64,000 bases of DNA from Octopus bimaculoides (taxonomy: Eukaryota). Below the pieces are notes generated by a model. It searched no databases. It was not told the DNA's origin and saw nothing but the letters and a program-made list of their open reading frames with translations. The stretch is from the NCBI RefSeq assembly GCF_001194135.2, contig NC_068982.1:131475982-131539981 (forward strand). The letters run 5' to 3'. The translations under genes were made by a program, and so were the position numbers. This document shows positions 11,394-24,930 of this stretch, piece by piece (the stretch's first letter is position 1; each line of letters begins with the position of its first letter).

Positions 11394-13164
11394 CTTTTAA
11401 ACTTAAAATCATAAAATGCAAACACATTCACTCATACACACACGCAAGTGTTATATGTATGTGTACGTGCGCACATGTGAGTTTACATGTGTGTGTATGT
11501 ATATGGACCTATATGCATACACAATTATCACATATGTTTACACACACACACACACATACACACACATATATACACACACATATATACACACACATATATA
11601 CACACACATATAAACATATATATAGACACCTGCATAAATACATATAAGTATTAATACAAACACACACACACACACACACACGTGCACATTCGAGAGCGGC
11701 ATCACTTAGTTTAAAGACATGACTATCCTGATGATTAGATGTTAATTATTTCCGTTTATTTAATCATTATTCAAACTATGCATATGAAAAGAAAGAGAGC
11801 GTGCGTTTTTCACTTTTTTAAGTGATGTAAATTTAAATCGAAAAATTTAAATTAGCCTTATGTAATTATTGACAGTATCAATAACACAACAAAATTGAAC
11901 GTTGCTTAATTTGCGAAGATTTAAAACATAATTTTCGCAACAAAATGGAATATGGCCATTATAGCTCGAGAAGAAGACGCTCTTATGGCACTAACAGTTC
12001 GTCGGTTACCAACAATTTCTCAAAAAAGAATCATACCTCTGAAGCATTGGATCTATAATTTCGATGGTCACATTGTCTGGAATTTCTATCCATTTCTAGA
12101 CCATATCATCATAAAATTCACTCAATATAGTGTATTTTTTTTTCTTGCGCTCATGATGACCCATTTCTTTAAGGTTTGTGTTTTCCATTGTCTTTTCGGA
12201 TTTAATTCTAAGAATTGTACCGGTCACTGCAGCATTCGGAGTTTGTTGCTTTTGATGGATTCGCTAATCATTATTTCCGTATGCTACAAGTTGTTATCAT
12301 GCTGAGAGAAAATGTAAAAGAAAAAAAAAAAAAAAAAAAAAAAAAAGAAGCAAAGAGGAGGAAGAAAAATTACGGTCTTAAATGACTCTGAATGTCAAAC
12401 ATAGTCATCTCCCGGATCTGATTTGTGAAACCGACACCATTTCCGGTCGTGGATGTCCAAACCATGACTTTGTCCCGAACAGACAAATAGTTTCAAACCA
12501 TGACCATGTCCTTCTGCCTGACTCAATGACCCTTTGACCAGTCGGACGGATTCAGAGTCACAAGTTCTTGGACGAAGCGAATTCAGGGAGGTCATTGTTA
12601 CTATTTTTATTCTAAGAAATGAACAGCGTTTTTAAAGAACACGGCGTCCCACAAACTCAAACTTCTTTAGTCGAATTTTGATGATAATGTTATCAATATT
12701 CTAATGTATTTTTTCAGATCGATGTTTAAAATGTCAACAGCGCTCATATTCAGGTTTCTTACTAGCAATCAATGAATCTATCGACCCATCCACCTTACAG
12801 TAATTAAAAAAAAAAATATTTCAGTTATTCTGGTTGGAAACGGTCAGAATACTTGATAGTCTCATTGAAGATGCACACACAGCACGGTGAGCAGCAGTTG
12901 CTGAATGTGCAACTTTTGCCGCTATTGCTCAAAGAATTCATTTCAAGTTACGTAGTTGGAAAATTCCCGATTGCATCGCTGATGATAAGCTTTACGTTTA
13001 TCCAACTCAGCATAGCTTAGAATATAATTACAGAATTATGAATAGTTTATGCTACACGGAATATATTATCAAACCATTGCGTTGGCCAAACTATCGGATG
13101 TTGTTATACACCGCTGGGCCAAATGCACTTTCTCGCATTGTTATATGCTTTCGAATGATGCCAC

Positions 13165-13348
13165 TCCGATGGCTGGTCAGACAGGACAACATTTATCCCT
13201 GAACAGAACATCAGTCCGTGGCGGAATTACCCATTTATTGTTGAGTAGAGTGCAGTGAGGTGTTCGAGAACACACCGCACCGCCGGTCTTGGAATCGAAA
13301 TCACGATCGCGCAGTCATGAGAGTAACATCCTAACCACCAGACCACAC
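13165..13348 (-). mobile_element. SINE-C-like copy, degraded
   Basis: tgttcgagaacacaccgcaccgccggtcttggaatcgaaatcacgatc...cctaaccaccagaccac; similar to 10850-10925 and 56165-56300. Confidence 0.6.
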
Positions 13349-13387
13349 ATAAATCAAATAACAATATGAAGATATTTTTCCAAAATA

Positions 13388-13592
13388 TTCTTTTCCACTC
13401 TAGGAACAAGACCCGACATTTTGTGGGAGGGGGCCAGTCGATTAGATCGACCTCAGTACGCAACTGGTACTTAATTTATCGACTCCAAAAGGATATGTCA
13501 GCATCGGCGGAATTTGAACTCAGAACGTAAAGACAGACGAGACACCGCTAAGCATTTCGCCCGGCGTGCAGACGCTTCTGCCAGCACGCCGT
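13388..13592 (-). mobile_element. SINE-B near-full copy
   Basis: Aligns with 39830-40043 (cggaatttgaactcagaacgtaaagac...ccgctaagcatttcgcccggcgtg). Confidence 0.88.
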
Positions 13593-13824
13593 CTTCTTTT
13601 TCTGAAATATTCTTAAATGAAATATTCTTAAACAAAATAGTCTTAATTTCAGTGATATATTTTCCTTTGGCTAAATTAATGACGCCCCCCCACATCTATG
13701 TATGTACCTGTGTGTATGTGTGTGTATGTATATATATGCATGTATGCATGTATATGCATATATATATATATGTGGATACATACATCCACATATGTGGGAG
13801 AAAGAAATAGAAAAGGCAGACAAC

Positions 13825-13868
<44 letters not shown>

Positions 13869-15073
13869 ATCGAAGGTAAGAGTCGTAATCTGCAGTTTCA
13901 AATAGAGAGATTAACTAATTTGATCAAGCTGCATACAATTTTCTTTATTTCTGGGACGAATAGCTGCTTTCTTGTAGTGAAACAATGAGAATTAAATCAA
14001 AGATAGAAAACCTTTTAGAAATAAAACGTAACAAAACAACGGTATCAAAAACAATAACGATGTATATGTATGNNNNNNNNNNNNNNNNNNNNNNNNNNNN
14101 NNNNNNNNNNNNNNNNNNNNNNNNNNNNNNNNNNNNNNNNNNNNNNNNNNNNNNNNNNNNNNNNNNNNNNNNNNNNNNNNNNNNNNNNNNNNNNNNNNNN
14201 NNNNNNNNNNNNNNNNNNNNNNNNNNNNNNATATATATATATATATATATATATAATGTACTTCGAAATAAAAGCAGAAAGAAAGAGAAAGAGAAAGTAA
14301 AATACACGCACGTAAATAAACATAAAAATGCACAGGTAGTGGATGGAAGTGGTGTTGGTGGCGGCGGTGGTGCTTATAATTTCTTGGAATAGAACAATTG
14401 TATCCAACAGACAGACAATAGAAAGAAAATAATGAGACTTTAATCACCAAGTAAAGTTGGCAAGTTTAGTTGCTGTGCAGCTTGGTGGTTGTGATGGAGG
14501 TATACAGACATGAGCTTTTTAGCTTTTGTTATAGATTTCCTACTGAAAGATGCTAAGAAATTAGAACCTGTGTGTCGGCTTGTCTGCCTGACTGATTGTC
14601 AGACTATTTGTATCAGTCGGTCTGTTTTTATTTTTTTTCCTCTCTATTTCTTCTTCTTCTTCTCCTCCTCATCCTTTTACTCTTTCTGTTTCTTTATCGA
14701 GATCTCTTACCCCACTTATTTCCCCTCTGTCACCCTATACTTTCTTTTTTTTCTTTGTGTCTGCTCTAATCATTGTGGTTTCGTAATTGTCTGTTAAGTC
14801 AATAATCGCTTCCTCTTCTTTTATATTTATTCATTTGTATGTATGTATGTATGTATGTATGTATGTATGTATGTATGTATGTATGTATGTATGTATGTAT
14901 GCATGCATATATGTAGATGTATGTGTCAGTATGTGTATACATGTATACATATATACATCCTCACAACACACACATACACACACACATATTCTCTCTCACA
15001 CACACACTTATATACATACATTATATATATTTACATACATGCATACATATATATATGCATATGTACACTTATG

Positions 15074-15128
<55 letters not shown>

Positions 15129-15131
15129 ATG

Positions 15132-15164
<33 letters not shown>

Positions 15165-15224
15165 ATATATATATGTATTTATATATGTATATAGTTTATG
15201 TATATACATGTGAGTGTGGCTGTA

Positions 15225-15267
<43 letters not shown>

Positions 15268-15311
15268 ATTTCTATTCACACATGCATGCATATATAAACT
15301 AGCAGGTAAAT

Positions 15312-15480
15312 ATGTTCAGTCACTCCTTCAGACACAGTTCGGCAAAGTGACCGATAGAATAAGTACCAGGCTAAACAAAAGATTAAGTACAGGGGTCGAT
15401 TCATTCGACTAAAAGTACTTTGAGGCGGCGGTCCAGCATGGTCGCTGTCTAATGAGTGAAACAAGTAAACAATAAAAGAT
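15312..15480 (+). mobile_element. SINE-A 3' half
   Basis: gttcggcaaagtgaccgatagaataagtacc...ccagcatggtcgctgtctaatgagtgaaacaagtaaa; reverse complement of 27911-28060. Confidence 0.82.
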
Positions 15481-16349
15481 GAAATATATTCATTCAAACA
15501 TGTGTATGTATCATATATGACATAGGTTATATATACATATTATTTATAATGCATGTGGTTAAAACATTTCAAGTATGAATTCTGTGTATGTATGTTTATA
15601 TGAATGTGTGCGTGTGTGTGTGTGTGTGTTGTATTTGAATAGAATCTACAAGCGTAGCTTATGACAGTAAAAGAATAAATTCTACTACGGCAGTTGAACG
15701 ATGTATCTATCACTTTCTTCACGATTGTGTTATCAATTACTCCAGGTGGACTCTGGGTAAGCTTAGCTGTCAAAATTAAATATCTTATAAATGTCTTTTG
15801 TGGATATGCTAGTAGTCATCTCTTCCCATATATTAGCATTGCAGGCAAACTGCACATACTTAACTACCGATAGCTAGGCTACCCAACGACTATCACAGTT
15901 CAATGTGGCATAGAAATTCTAGTGTTTATGACTCAGAGCAAGTCCAGAATATCAATAGTAATAAGCTATAACATAAACGATTAAAATTTTTTAAAGTGTA
16001 TCACGGTGGTGCACCAGCATGACCGCAGCCACTTGGCTGAAACACATAAATAAATAAATAAATACACACACATCGAAACTTACGCATTCTGACAGAAATC
16101 ATGGTCTGTTACAGAGCCTCCGACTCTTGTGATAGGGAGCGAGGGAGTAGAGAAAGCATCCTAAAACTGGAAACTTGGCTCAAATGCTTACAACTGAGCG
16201 GACTCCGCTAAAGCAGCCAAGGTGTTAAGCCGGGCAATGAGTTACATCCGTCATCCAAGTTGGCAATGGCGGAATTTGATGTCAGAACGCAAAGAGCCGA
16301 ATCAAATTCCACAGAGCATCCTGTCAGACTTTCTTACAGTTCTACCAAA

Positions 16350-16475
16350 CCACTACCTTATATTGGTACTTTTTTATCGACCCCCAAAAGGGTGAAAGGC
16401 AAAGTTGACTTTGGCCGAACAAATGTCATAACTCGTTCTGTCTAACACTCTAACGATTCTACGAATTCTCCGCCT
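16350..16475 (-). mobile_element. SINE-B fragment
   Basis: ttggtactttttttatcgacccccaaaagggtgaaaggcaaagttgactt. Confidence 0.65.
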
Positions 16476-17444
16476 GAATCATTCAATCAGTGTTTCTTAA
16501 ACAGTATACTTGTCTTGTTTGATTTCAAACCTGCTATGCTGCCTACTAAGCCTAGACATTTAATTTTTTCCACTCTACAATTGCAACCGTTCAAGTTGAG
16601 CTCAACTGCATCGAAGATATCACCCCAAGAAGACATGAAAAACTATATGAGCGCTGCCTTGCCACCGCCAAGTAAAAGTTGTTTTGCTTATTACACATTT
16701 TATCAGTGTTCTTTTTTCCAGTATGCTGCTACTTTTACTTCGTGAATTTTCTGATACATCTGTTAGTGAGACTCATAAATTGTCATATTGGTAAACTATT
16801 TGACAGTCATCTATTTAATTTGATTGAATATTAAATTAATAATTAATTAAACAAGTTTTGTTATTTGAGAGACTAATAGCAGTAACGTACAGCGACTGTT
16901 TTGTCAAACCAAATCTGTTAATCAGCTTAGAAAGCAGAATTGTTTTCAGATTACACGAACTAAAGTGGTGAATAAATTTAGTTATCGCCCTAGTTTCGAT
17001 GCTCGCTCAAAGCCAATTGCTTCTATTTATGCGTCAAGAAAAGATCAGACGACATGTATAATATCATTCTTCCCTTCTATAAATTATGACAGGAGTGAAA
17101 ATTTTTCTTTTTACTTTGATGTAGTTTTAGAGTGTTGATAGAAATGGTTGAGTGTGATATGTAAAATTTACTGTCGTTCTTCCGGATTCGTAGTTGATAT
17201 AACTGCTGTATAGATAAAGAAGAGTTATGTTTCATGATGTTGGGGGTTGTAGTCATACAATCATAACCGTAGACGTAGATTGTTAGTGTAGATGATGGTG
17301 ATGATTATAACGATGACAACTGTAATGACAATAATGAACATAATGACTATAATAGTTTCTCATACAGTTATAAGTCCTGAAATATCAGAAGAACGGATTA
17401 GTCCTTTCAATCAATCCCCAGAACTGGATCGATCCCCAAAAGAT

Positions 17445-18118
17445 AGAAGAACATAGAAACACTTGCAACAGTTTCGTACTGACGAACTAAGCTATTTAGA
17501 TATTTAATCCGACAAGATAGACACAGTAAATTAGCAGCTCTTATTCTGAAGCCAAATATTTCCAGATGCGGTCGAGTACTATTATTGACAACTACAAGTA
17601 CTGGGTAAAATTATCTTACCTTTAAATACAACGAAACATCATGAAACCATTTAAAATCTTCCTATACTGTAAACCGAATTTATAGAAATAGTAACCAAAT
17701 TTCCCTGAAATCACTCACTACCATCTTAAAAATAGGAAATGCACTCCTAGTTAGTCCCCCGAAAAATGGAATGATGTCGGCTGGATTGCTTCTAATCAGA
17801 TTAAACCCATTTTATTTATGTTGTTAGACTCAGTTAGAAACGACTTTGGGCCTAACAACAACAGCGATGACAACGACACTGCGTCAGCAACAATCTCAAA
17901 GCGCTAGTGGCAGATTTTTAGTTTGATTTACTTACCTACTGAGCCTTTTCGACCATTAGTAAGGACGGAACACAAGATTTACCCAAGAAGTTCTGGGAGT
18001 TATTTAGTCATCGCTAGGTGAAGTGATGCAAAACAATGTTAAGTTTTCTGCCCAGAAGAACATAGAAACACTTGCAACAGATTCGTACAGACGAACTATT
18101 TAGATATTTAATCCGACA
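17445..18118. repeat. Local ~65-70-bp direct repeat pair (17445-17514 and 18054-18118)
   Basis: agaagaacatagaaacacttgcaacag(t/a)ttcgtac(t/a)gacgaacta(agc)tatttagatatttaatccgaca occurs twice. Confidence 0.92.
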
Positions 18119-19096
18119 GTAATTTTGATTTTGCCCATAAAATTAGAACAATTAACTATCTAAGATTAACATTGTTAGAAAAATATGTTTGATCTTATTC
18201 TTACTCTTCTTTTGCTGTCAACAGTGGATCTCATTCTTCGCAGCGTTTGGTTGTAACCCAACTCGTTACACAGTATTTACTTTTCTTAAACCCTTCAGCA
18301 TTTGTTATGAAACATCAGATGTGAAAAATGAAAGTACGTCTATTTGTGATTCTGGGATATCACAATACTAAGATATCAACAACATACACACAAAACAATC
18401 TGAATGACTTGTTTTAGTTACAGAATTGTAAACCACTATTTAACTATTTTAAAAACAAAACCTATTTTGTATGAACAACTATATATATATATATATATNN
18501 NNNNNNNNNNNNNNNNNNNNNNNNNNNNNNNNNNNNNNNNNNNNNNNNNNNNNNNNNNNNNNNNNNNNNNNNNNNNNNNNNNNNNNNNNNNNNNNNNNNN
18601 NNNNNNNNNNNNNNNNNNNNNNNNNNNNNNNNNNNNNNNNNNNNNNNNNNNNNNNNNNNNTATATATATATATATATATATATATGATGACTTTATTAAC
18701 TCTTTGACTCAAGCAAATCACCATTTTTTATTTCATTCATGCAATATAATTTGTTCCAATCTAGTCGGCAATACTTAACGTCCATCATTCATATTCATAC
18801 CAGAATAGGCAAGAGCACACAGATGCACATACATCCACCCACACTCATACACAGACACATACACACATGTATAATACACACACACACTCACACACAAATG
18901 AATATTCAAAAGGTTAAAAATCGATTATTTAGTATATGAATAAATTACTTCAATCACTGTCACTGACAATCATGTTATCTAGGAAGTCAAACAAATGAGA
19001 TTCCAATCAGAACTAAAAACGGTTAGCCATGCTCCAAGATATTATCGAGTGGTATGCGAAATTATTCACACACACACACACACGACACGTATATAC

Positions 19097-19133
<37 letters not shown>

Positions 19134-19161
19134 GATATGTATGTATGTGTGTGTATATAAC

Positions 19162-19396
19162 TTCTTTTGTTTGTTTCAGTCATTAGACTGCAGTCATGCT
19201 GGGGCACTGCTTTGAAGAATTTTAGGCGAAGAAATCGACCCCAGTACTTACTGCTTTTTAAAAACCTGGTATTTATTTCACCGGTTCTCTTTTGCTGAAC
19301 CGCTAAGTTACAGAGACGTAAACGACACCAATAATGGTTGTCGAGCGATGGTGGGGAAAAACACAGGCACAAAGACACACACACATATACACACAC

Positions 19397-19454
<58 letters not shown>

Positions 19455-19471
19455 NNNNNNNNNNNNNNNNN

Positions 19472-19521
<50 letters not shown>

Positions 19522-19624
19522 GACGGTCTTTCAGTTTCTGTCCACAAGTTTTGGGTTGGTCGGAAGTTATAGTAGAAGGATACTTGCCTAAGGTTCCACA
19601 TAATGGCACTGAACTCTGAACCAT
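19162..19624 (-). mobile_element. SINE-A near-full copy with internal (CA)n/(TA)n tract and gap
   Basis: Both halves present around the microsatellite, same layout as 27911-28293. Confidence 0.9.
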
Positions 19625-19669
19625 AAACACATTTTTTGTATTAAATGTACTTAATATTTTTTATATATG

Positions 19670-19738
19670 ACGGTGAGCTAGAAGAATCGTTAGCACGCCG
19701 GACAAAATGCTTAGCGGTATTTCGTCTGTCTTTACGTA
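19670..19738 (+). mobile_element. SINE-B 5' head
   Basis: gacggtgagctagaagaatcgttagcacgccggacaaaatgcttagcggtatttcgtctgtctttacg is the reverse complement of ~39972-40041. Confidence 0.85.
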
Positions 19739-20983
19739 TATATGTATGTCTGTATGTATGTATGTCTGTATGTATGCATGAAATGAAATCGTAACTGGGA
19801 AGTATCGACGTAGTGATTATTCAAGTCGTGGTCACCTCGTTTTGTTTTCTAGGATCGTGTACCTAGGACTGCATCATATAATGTATCTTTTTTTTAAGAT
19901 TGTAGAATGTCATTTGAAAGGTATTTGGCTGCTATTTCTAGCAGGTTAATTCATCACATAGAAGCTTTCACATCGGCTTGGACAAACAATGTTTTTGTTT
20001 AGTCCTTGATCAATCGTGACCAAACGGACCCATTATTAAAGATATCTTAGTCATGATCATTCCACTATTTCTCGGTATCTAGAATTACGTTAATTAAAAT
20101 GTATTCTTTAATTTAAAATACGGTCGTTTGTTATTTGAATGCAATTTGACTACTATTTCTAGCAAATATGGGACCACATACGTATTCCTTCATTAGCTTG
20201 TAAGAACGATGTTGTGTCTATTTCGCATTCGTTCTCACCAAACTTCAAGACTTCTGACCATTGGCGTCAGGGTTCTTTCAGCAGTAAGGAAATAGTTTAG
20301 CTATAGCGTGTGTGGTATTAGTTTGATATTAGGACATGCCATCTTTGTGTCGAGTTATACGTTATGTGAAGCTTTATAATTAATCAACTATTTTCTTTAT
20401 ACATTTTATAATTAATCATCCGTTATTTAAACTATTTTATACGAGATAGTTGTGTTATCAAATAATGTTTTTTCTAAATAGTTTTATTTTTACATTGAGC
20501 GATGTAATGTACCACAATAGCTCATTACTGTCCGTGTATGATCAACCGAGAAGAAAGTGTTCAATGGAATGTTATTTAAAGCTACCAAGTTTATAATTTT
20601 CATAGTTACATGTCAATTTGTAAATTATATTGGTCTTCAGAATTTTATAAAATTGATGCCAGGCTAGTGACATAAGGCTTGTGATTTAATGATTTTTGTA
20701 ATAGGTTATCAGTGCTAGCTTATAATGGAACTGTAATGAAAGTTGCATTTTATTGAATGAGTCTTATTAGCAGTATTGTTTTCTATTCACCTTCATCGGA
20801 TACTCTAGTAGATCAAGATGTTTTAAATTTGAAGTCATGAAAACGACCTATGCCTTCAAATAATAAACATTTAGCTATTTGAAAAGATTGAGAAAATATT
20901 ACCGAACTTTAACAGTTTTCTGAAACATAATACTCGCACTTAATTGTATCAGCTCATTTACACATTTACACATATTTCTTTCC

Positions 20984-20984
<1 letters not shown>

Positions 20985-21052
<68 letters not shown>
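20985..21052. repeat. (TTTC)n microsatellite
   Basis: Direct reading. Confidence 0.95.
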
Positions 21053-21053
<1 letters not shown>

Positions 21054-21337
21054 ATATATATATACACATATCTACATGAAGTTACTTATATGACCGCCCA
21101 TAGAGTGACCAACGGTTTCGCATCTATAAAGTGCTTAGCCTATTAGACGACTCGTTAGACACCAATGGACATTTGACGAGTTTTGATGAGCAGGTTGTTC
21201 CGTTGATCGTATCAGCTGGGACCCTCGTCGTCGTAACCGACGGAGTGCTCCTATCCTATGAAGTAAGTGTCATGCCTGGTTAAGGATTGTAGCGAAGATC
21301 TGCAAATTTGTTTTCAACACATTTGTCTTCTAGCTTC

Positions 21338-21535
21338 TTTGTTTCTTCCCCATCACTGCTTGACAACGGGTGTTGATGTGTTTATGTCCCCGTAACATAG
21401 TTGTTCGACAAAAAAGACCGATAGAATCAGTACTAGGCTTTTAAAAAATAGGCCCTGGGGTCAATTTGTTCGTCTAAAGGCGGTAATTCTGTATTGCTAC
21501 AGTCAAATGACCGAAACAAGTAAAAGATAAAAGAT
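21338..21535 (+). mobile_element. SINE-A 3' half
   Basis: ccccatcactgcttgacaacgggtgttgatgtgtttatgtccccgtaac...cagtcaaatgaccgaaacaagtaaaaga. Confidence 0.85.
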
Positions 21536-23331
21536 CTGAAATACTTTTATAATCTTTACAAACATTTTCTTTTGAGAGTGGCAGACCTTCGAGTCACGCT
21601 TTAAATTCTATGTCTAGGGTGGATACCTCTCCCCAAATATCCGGGAAATCTCGTGGTTTTTTTATTTGACAGTTGTAGATGTTTATATTATTTAACTCCA
21701 GGACATTCTTCATCAAAGTGTTCCAAACAAGTGAACCCTAACTTTTCGTTTTCCAACAGAGTGTGTTTTAGAAAATGAAATTTTCCACTTTTATGATGAC
21801 AGGTTCTTTTCAGAAAAGATTTAATTGCTATATTTCTAGCAGGTTGAGCAGTCACCTAGACGACTTATCACTGAACCGTTTGTCAGATACTTGAAACTGT
21901 AAAAGGTGTGGAGTGGCTTTCATATCCATCCCTTTAATCTCGCTCAGTCCCAGCCAGTGTCTGAGATGCCATTCTCAAAACTCTCTAAATCTAACGAGTG
22001 GTATTTTTTCTGTAATGGTTTCATATTTTTAAAGAATGTTGGCCGTCTGAATAGTTTCATTAGCCATATATGTGATAAAGGCAATTCCGTGTAGTTAAGT
22101 AGACCTACTGACTAAAATCATTAAGGGAGTCTCGAAAGAGAATGTTCTAAGTACTAAATGACGAAAGGTTATTCATGATAAGGTAAAATGGAGATAGCAG
22201 TGTAATGAGTGAATATGAAGCAAATATAAAGAACCGAAGGACAAAATAGCATGTCAGAGTAGAAGAGGTATTAAGAGAAATGAAACCAGTATTAGACTTT
22301 GTTGGTTATGGAAGTGATAAACAGTTTAACTTCTGTCTGGACGCAAAATACTTTCTAGGAGTAATTATGGCAATATTATCTGCTGTTTAATAGTATGGTC
22401 AATGGAAGAAAGAATAAAATTGAGTGTGGTAGCAAATGAGATAAAACTGAAGAAAAGAAACTCATTTGAAATTTAGAATATCAAATGCGTAAAATCTACC
22501 TCAGTTACAAGGAAATATTTAACCCCAGAGAAAGCTCACGAAAAGAAGATAAAGAAAAGCAACACATAGGTAAAAAAAAAAGAAGAAAAAAGAAAAAGAC
22601 ACTAGGAAATCCCCAAAATAACTTTTGAAACGTCTTGAAACTTTTAAAAAGGGGTAAGACATGAAAACTATGCCAGTTTTTACGTGTTAAGAAGTGAAGA
22701 ATGACTGATGTTGAAAGACAAATGAAAAACTAATCAAAGAAAATAATACAGATGCAGAAGAATGTGCAGTGTATGAGAAATGTGCAGTGTGTGAAAATGT
22801 GCAGATATAGTTTGTCCAAACAGAGTAAGCTTCCTTGTCCTAAAGAGCCAAAAACAACATCTTGGTAGTCTAGTATCATCGACTACAGCTAGAAATAATA
22901 AATAGCCTTATTTTTCTGAAAGAAAGCTTGCGGAATGATAATCGGTAATGTAATAAACTGGCGGTATTAGAATTAGTCGCTTAAATACATAATCCTGAAA
23001 ATTTAATATACAGAGTCACAAATTTGTCGATAGAATAATTCTTATGCATTTTTATTTTCTTATATTATTATGATCAAAATGAGGCTATTTATCTCATGAA
23101 ACAAGTTCAGAAAGAGAGATTTTAAAGATCTTATGTTGGAAATATGGGAAATGCTTATTTTTCAATTTGGTACAAACAAGTAATTTGTAATTCAAAGCAA
23201 TATATGTTTTCTTATATATTTAATATTCAATAATATCTGAAACCAAAGATGGAACTGTTTTAACGTATTGTGAATATTCAGTGTAGGTGCTAGAATTGCG
23301 TTACATTATATCTGTTCATAGAAAGAATTAT

Positions 23332-23352
23332 AGCAGCAGCAGCAGCAGCAGC

Positions 23353-23394
<42 letters not shown>

Positions 23395-23395
23395 T

Positions 23396-23438
<43 letters not shown>

Positions 23439-23516
23439 CAGCAGCAGTAGTAGTAGTAGTAGTAGTAGTAGTAGCAGCAGCAGCAGCAGCAGAAGAAGAA
23501 GAAGAAGAAGAAGAAG
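23332..23516. repeat. Compound trinucleotide array (AGC)/(AGT)/(AGA)
   Basis: Direct reading; a similar array is at 52468-52590. Confidence 0.96.
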
Positions 23517-24930
23517 TGGGTTTTGTGATGCTTTGTTTCCAGCACAGAAGAAAATGAGGTGAAATGATAATTTTGCTACGTTTAGTTTAAAAATAAAATA
23601 ATGCTGAAAGATTCTTTATTTTCCTGCTAAAACCGAAATAATTGATCAAAATTTCAAATATTTTGGAACATTTTTGTTTCTGTTATTATTTCTTTTGGTC
23701 GAAACTAAAACTATCCTGTGTGTTTATGCCCCTAAAAGGCAAGCTGGGAAACGCATAGCTTCCATATTTGTCCCTCGACCATTATCTAAGCTTTAGTATG
23801 TCATAACTAACTTCATGCAAGTAGAAGTTACGCTGTGATTGGTTGTTTGGCTGAATTTCTTTGGCATAAATAAAGTTTGGATCATTCATCGTATTATAGC
23901 AGAGAAGCATATGAAGAATGTTTTTTTCGGGTTGTTACAAGCAAGTAATTTGTAATTTAAACCGATATATTTTTGCATATATGTTTAATATCTAACAATC
24001 TCTCAATTTGCAGACAGTCCCTTTCAGGATATTGTGTATCCTCAGTGCAAATGTACACAAATAAACATGTGGAAAGACTAAAATAACTAAATTCCAGACG
24101 AAAATGAACTTGAAACTGAAATTTACCGGAATATTCGGACGGTGATAAAGTGCTCCAGATTTAGCAGAGAAATAATTGTCATTTCACTCTTACTTTATTC
24201 GGAGCTAAATGTACCAACTTTGTTATTTTACTTACTCCTTTCTGGAAACAAAGTAATGCAAAACTTCCTTTTATTTCTTAGTTGAGTGAAATGATATTGC
24301 ACAATGCAATCTTAGTTTCTGTTCCGGAGAGGCAGGATTTACAGAGTCATCTACAGATTATGAAATCACTAAAAATTAAAATCTAAAAGAAAAAAAAATG
24401 CATAACTTTGAATTATTTAGTTGTTTGCATCTCATGATTCTCTTTCCTGCATAAGGTAAATGAATCAAACTCCATGTTTACTAAGGGAAATCAGTCCAAC
24501 ACCCAAAGACAGTTCGGCTTCTATTTGCATGACTTTAGTTTATGATGTATTCAAACACAGATGATGGTCGACATACCGAGACACAGATATGAGGATCATG
24601 TGCAGCTCACCATTGAAAGATACAAACAAACATACGGGTTGGTTAAAATGATAGCGGAAAAAATGCAGAAAAGGAAATTTGCCAAAATATTCTGATCTTA
24701 AAGAACTTATGTCAAATTTACTGCAATACACTGATTGAATAAAAGGAAAATTGTAAACATAGTTAATTAGTTTTAGTTCTCAAGTTCTAGAGTGTTTGGT
24801 GTCAAATTCACACTGCTGTCTCACATATTAACGCCAGCCATCAATATAGAGAAGATACATTATTTGCAACTTACTAGAAATATCTGGGGTTTAAACAAGT
24901 ACAGGACTATATATTTCTATATATTTATAG

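Noticed and set aside
11952-12305. 117-codon ATG-initiated ORF
   Set aside because: No recognisable domain, low-complexity F/L-rich composition, no splice support.
15641-15770. Possible exon on either strand (STTAVERCIY... or QSPPGVIDNT...)
   Set aside because: Both strands are open by chance and the similarities to GPCR or DUSP motifs are too short.
20195-20287. 87-nt AG...GTAAGG exon-like segment
   Set aside because: The acceptor lies in the tail of a dispersed repeat (also at ~8100-8270 and 19850-19980) and two frames are open.
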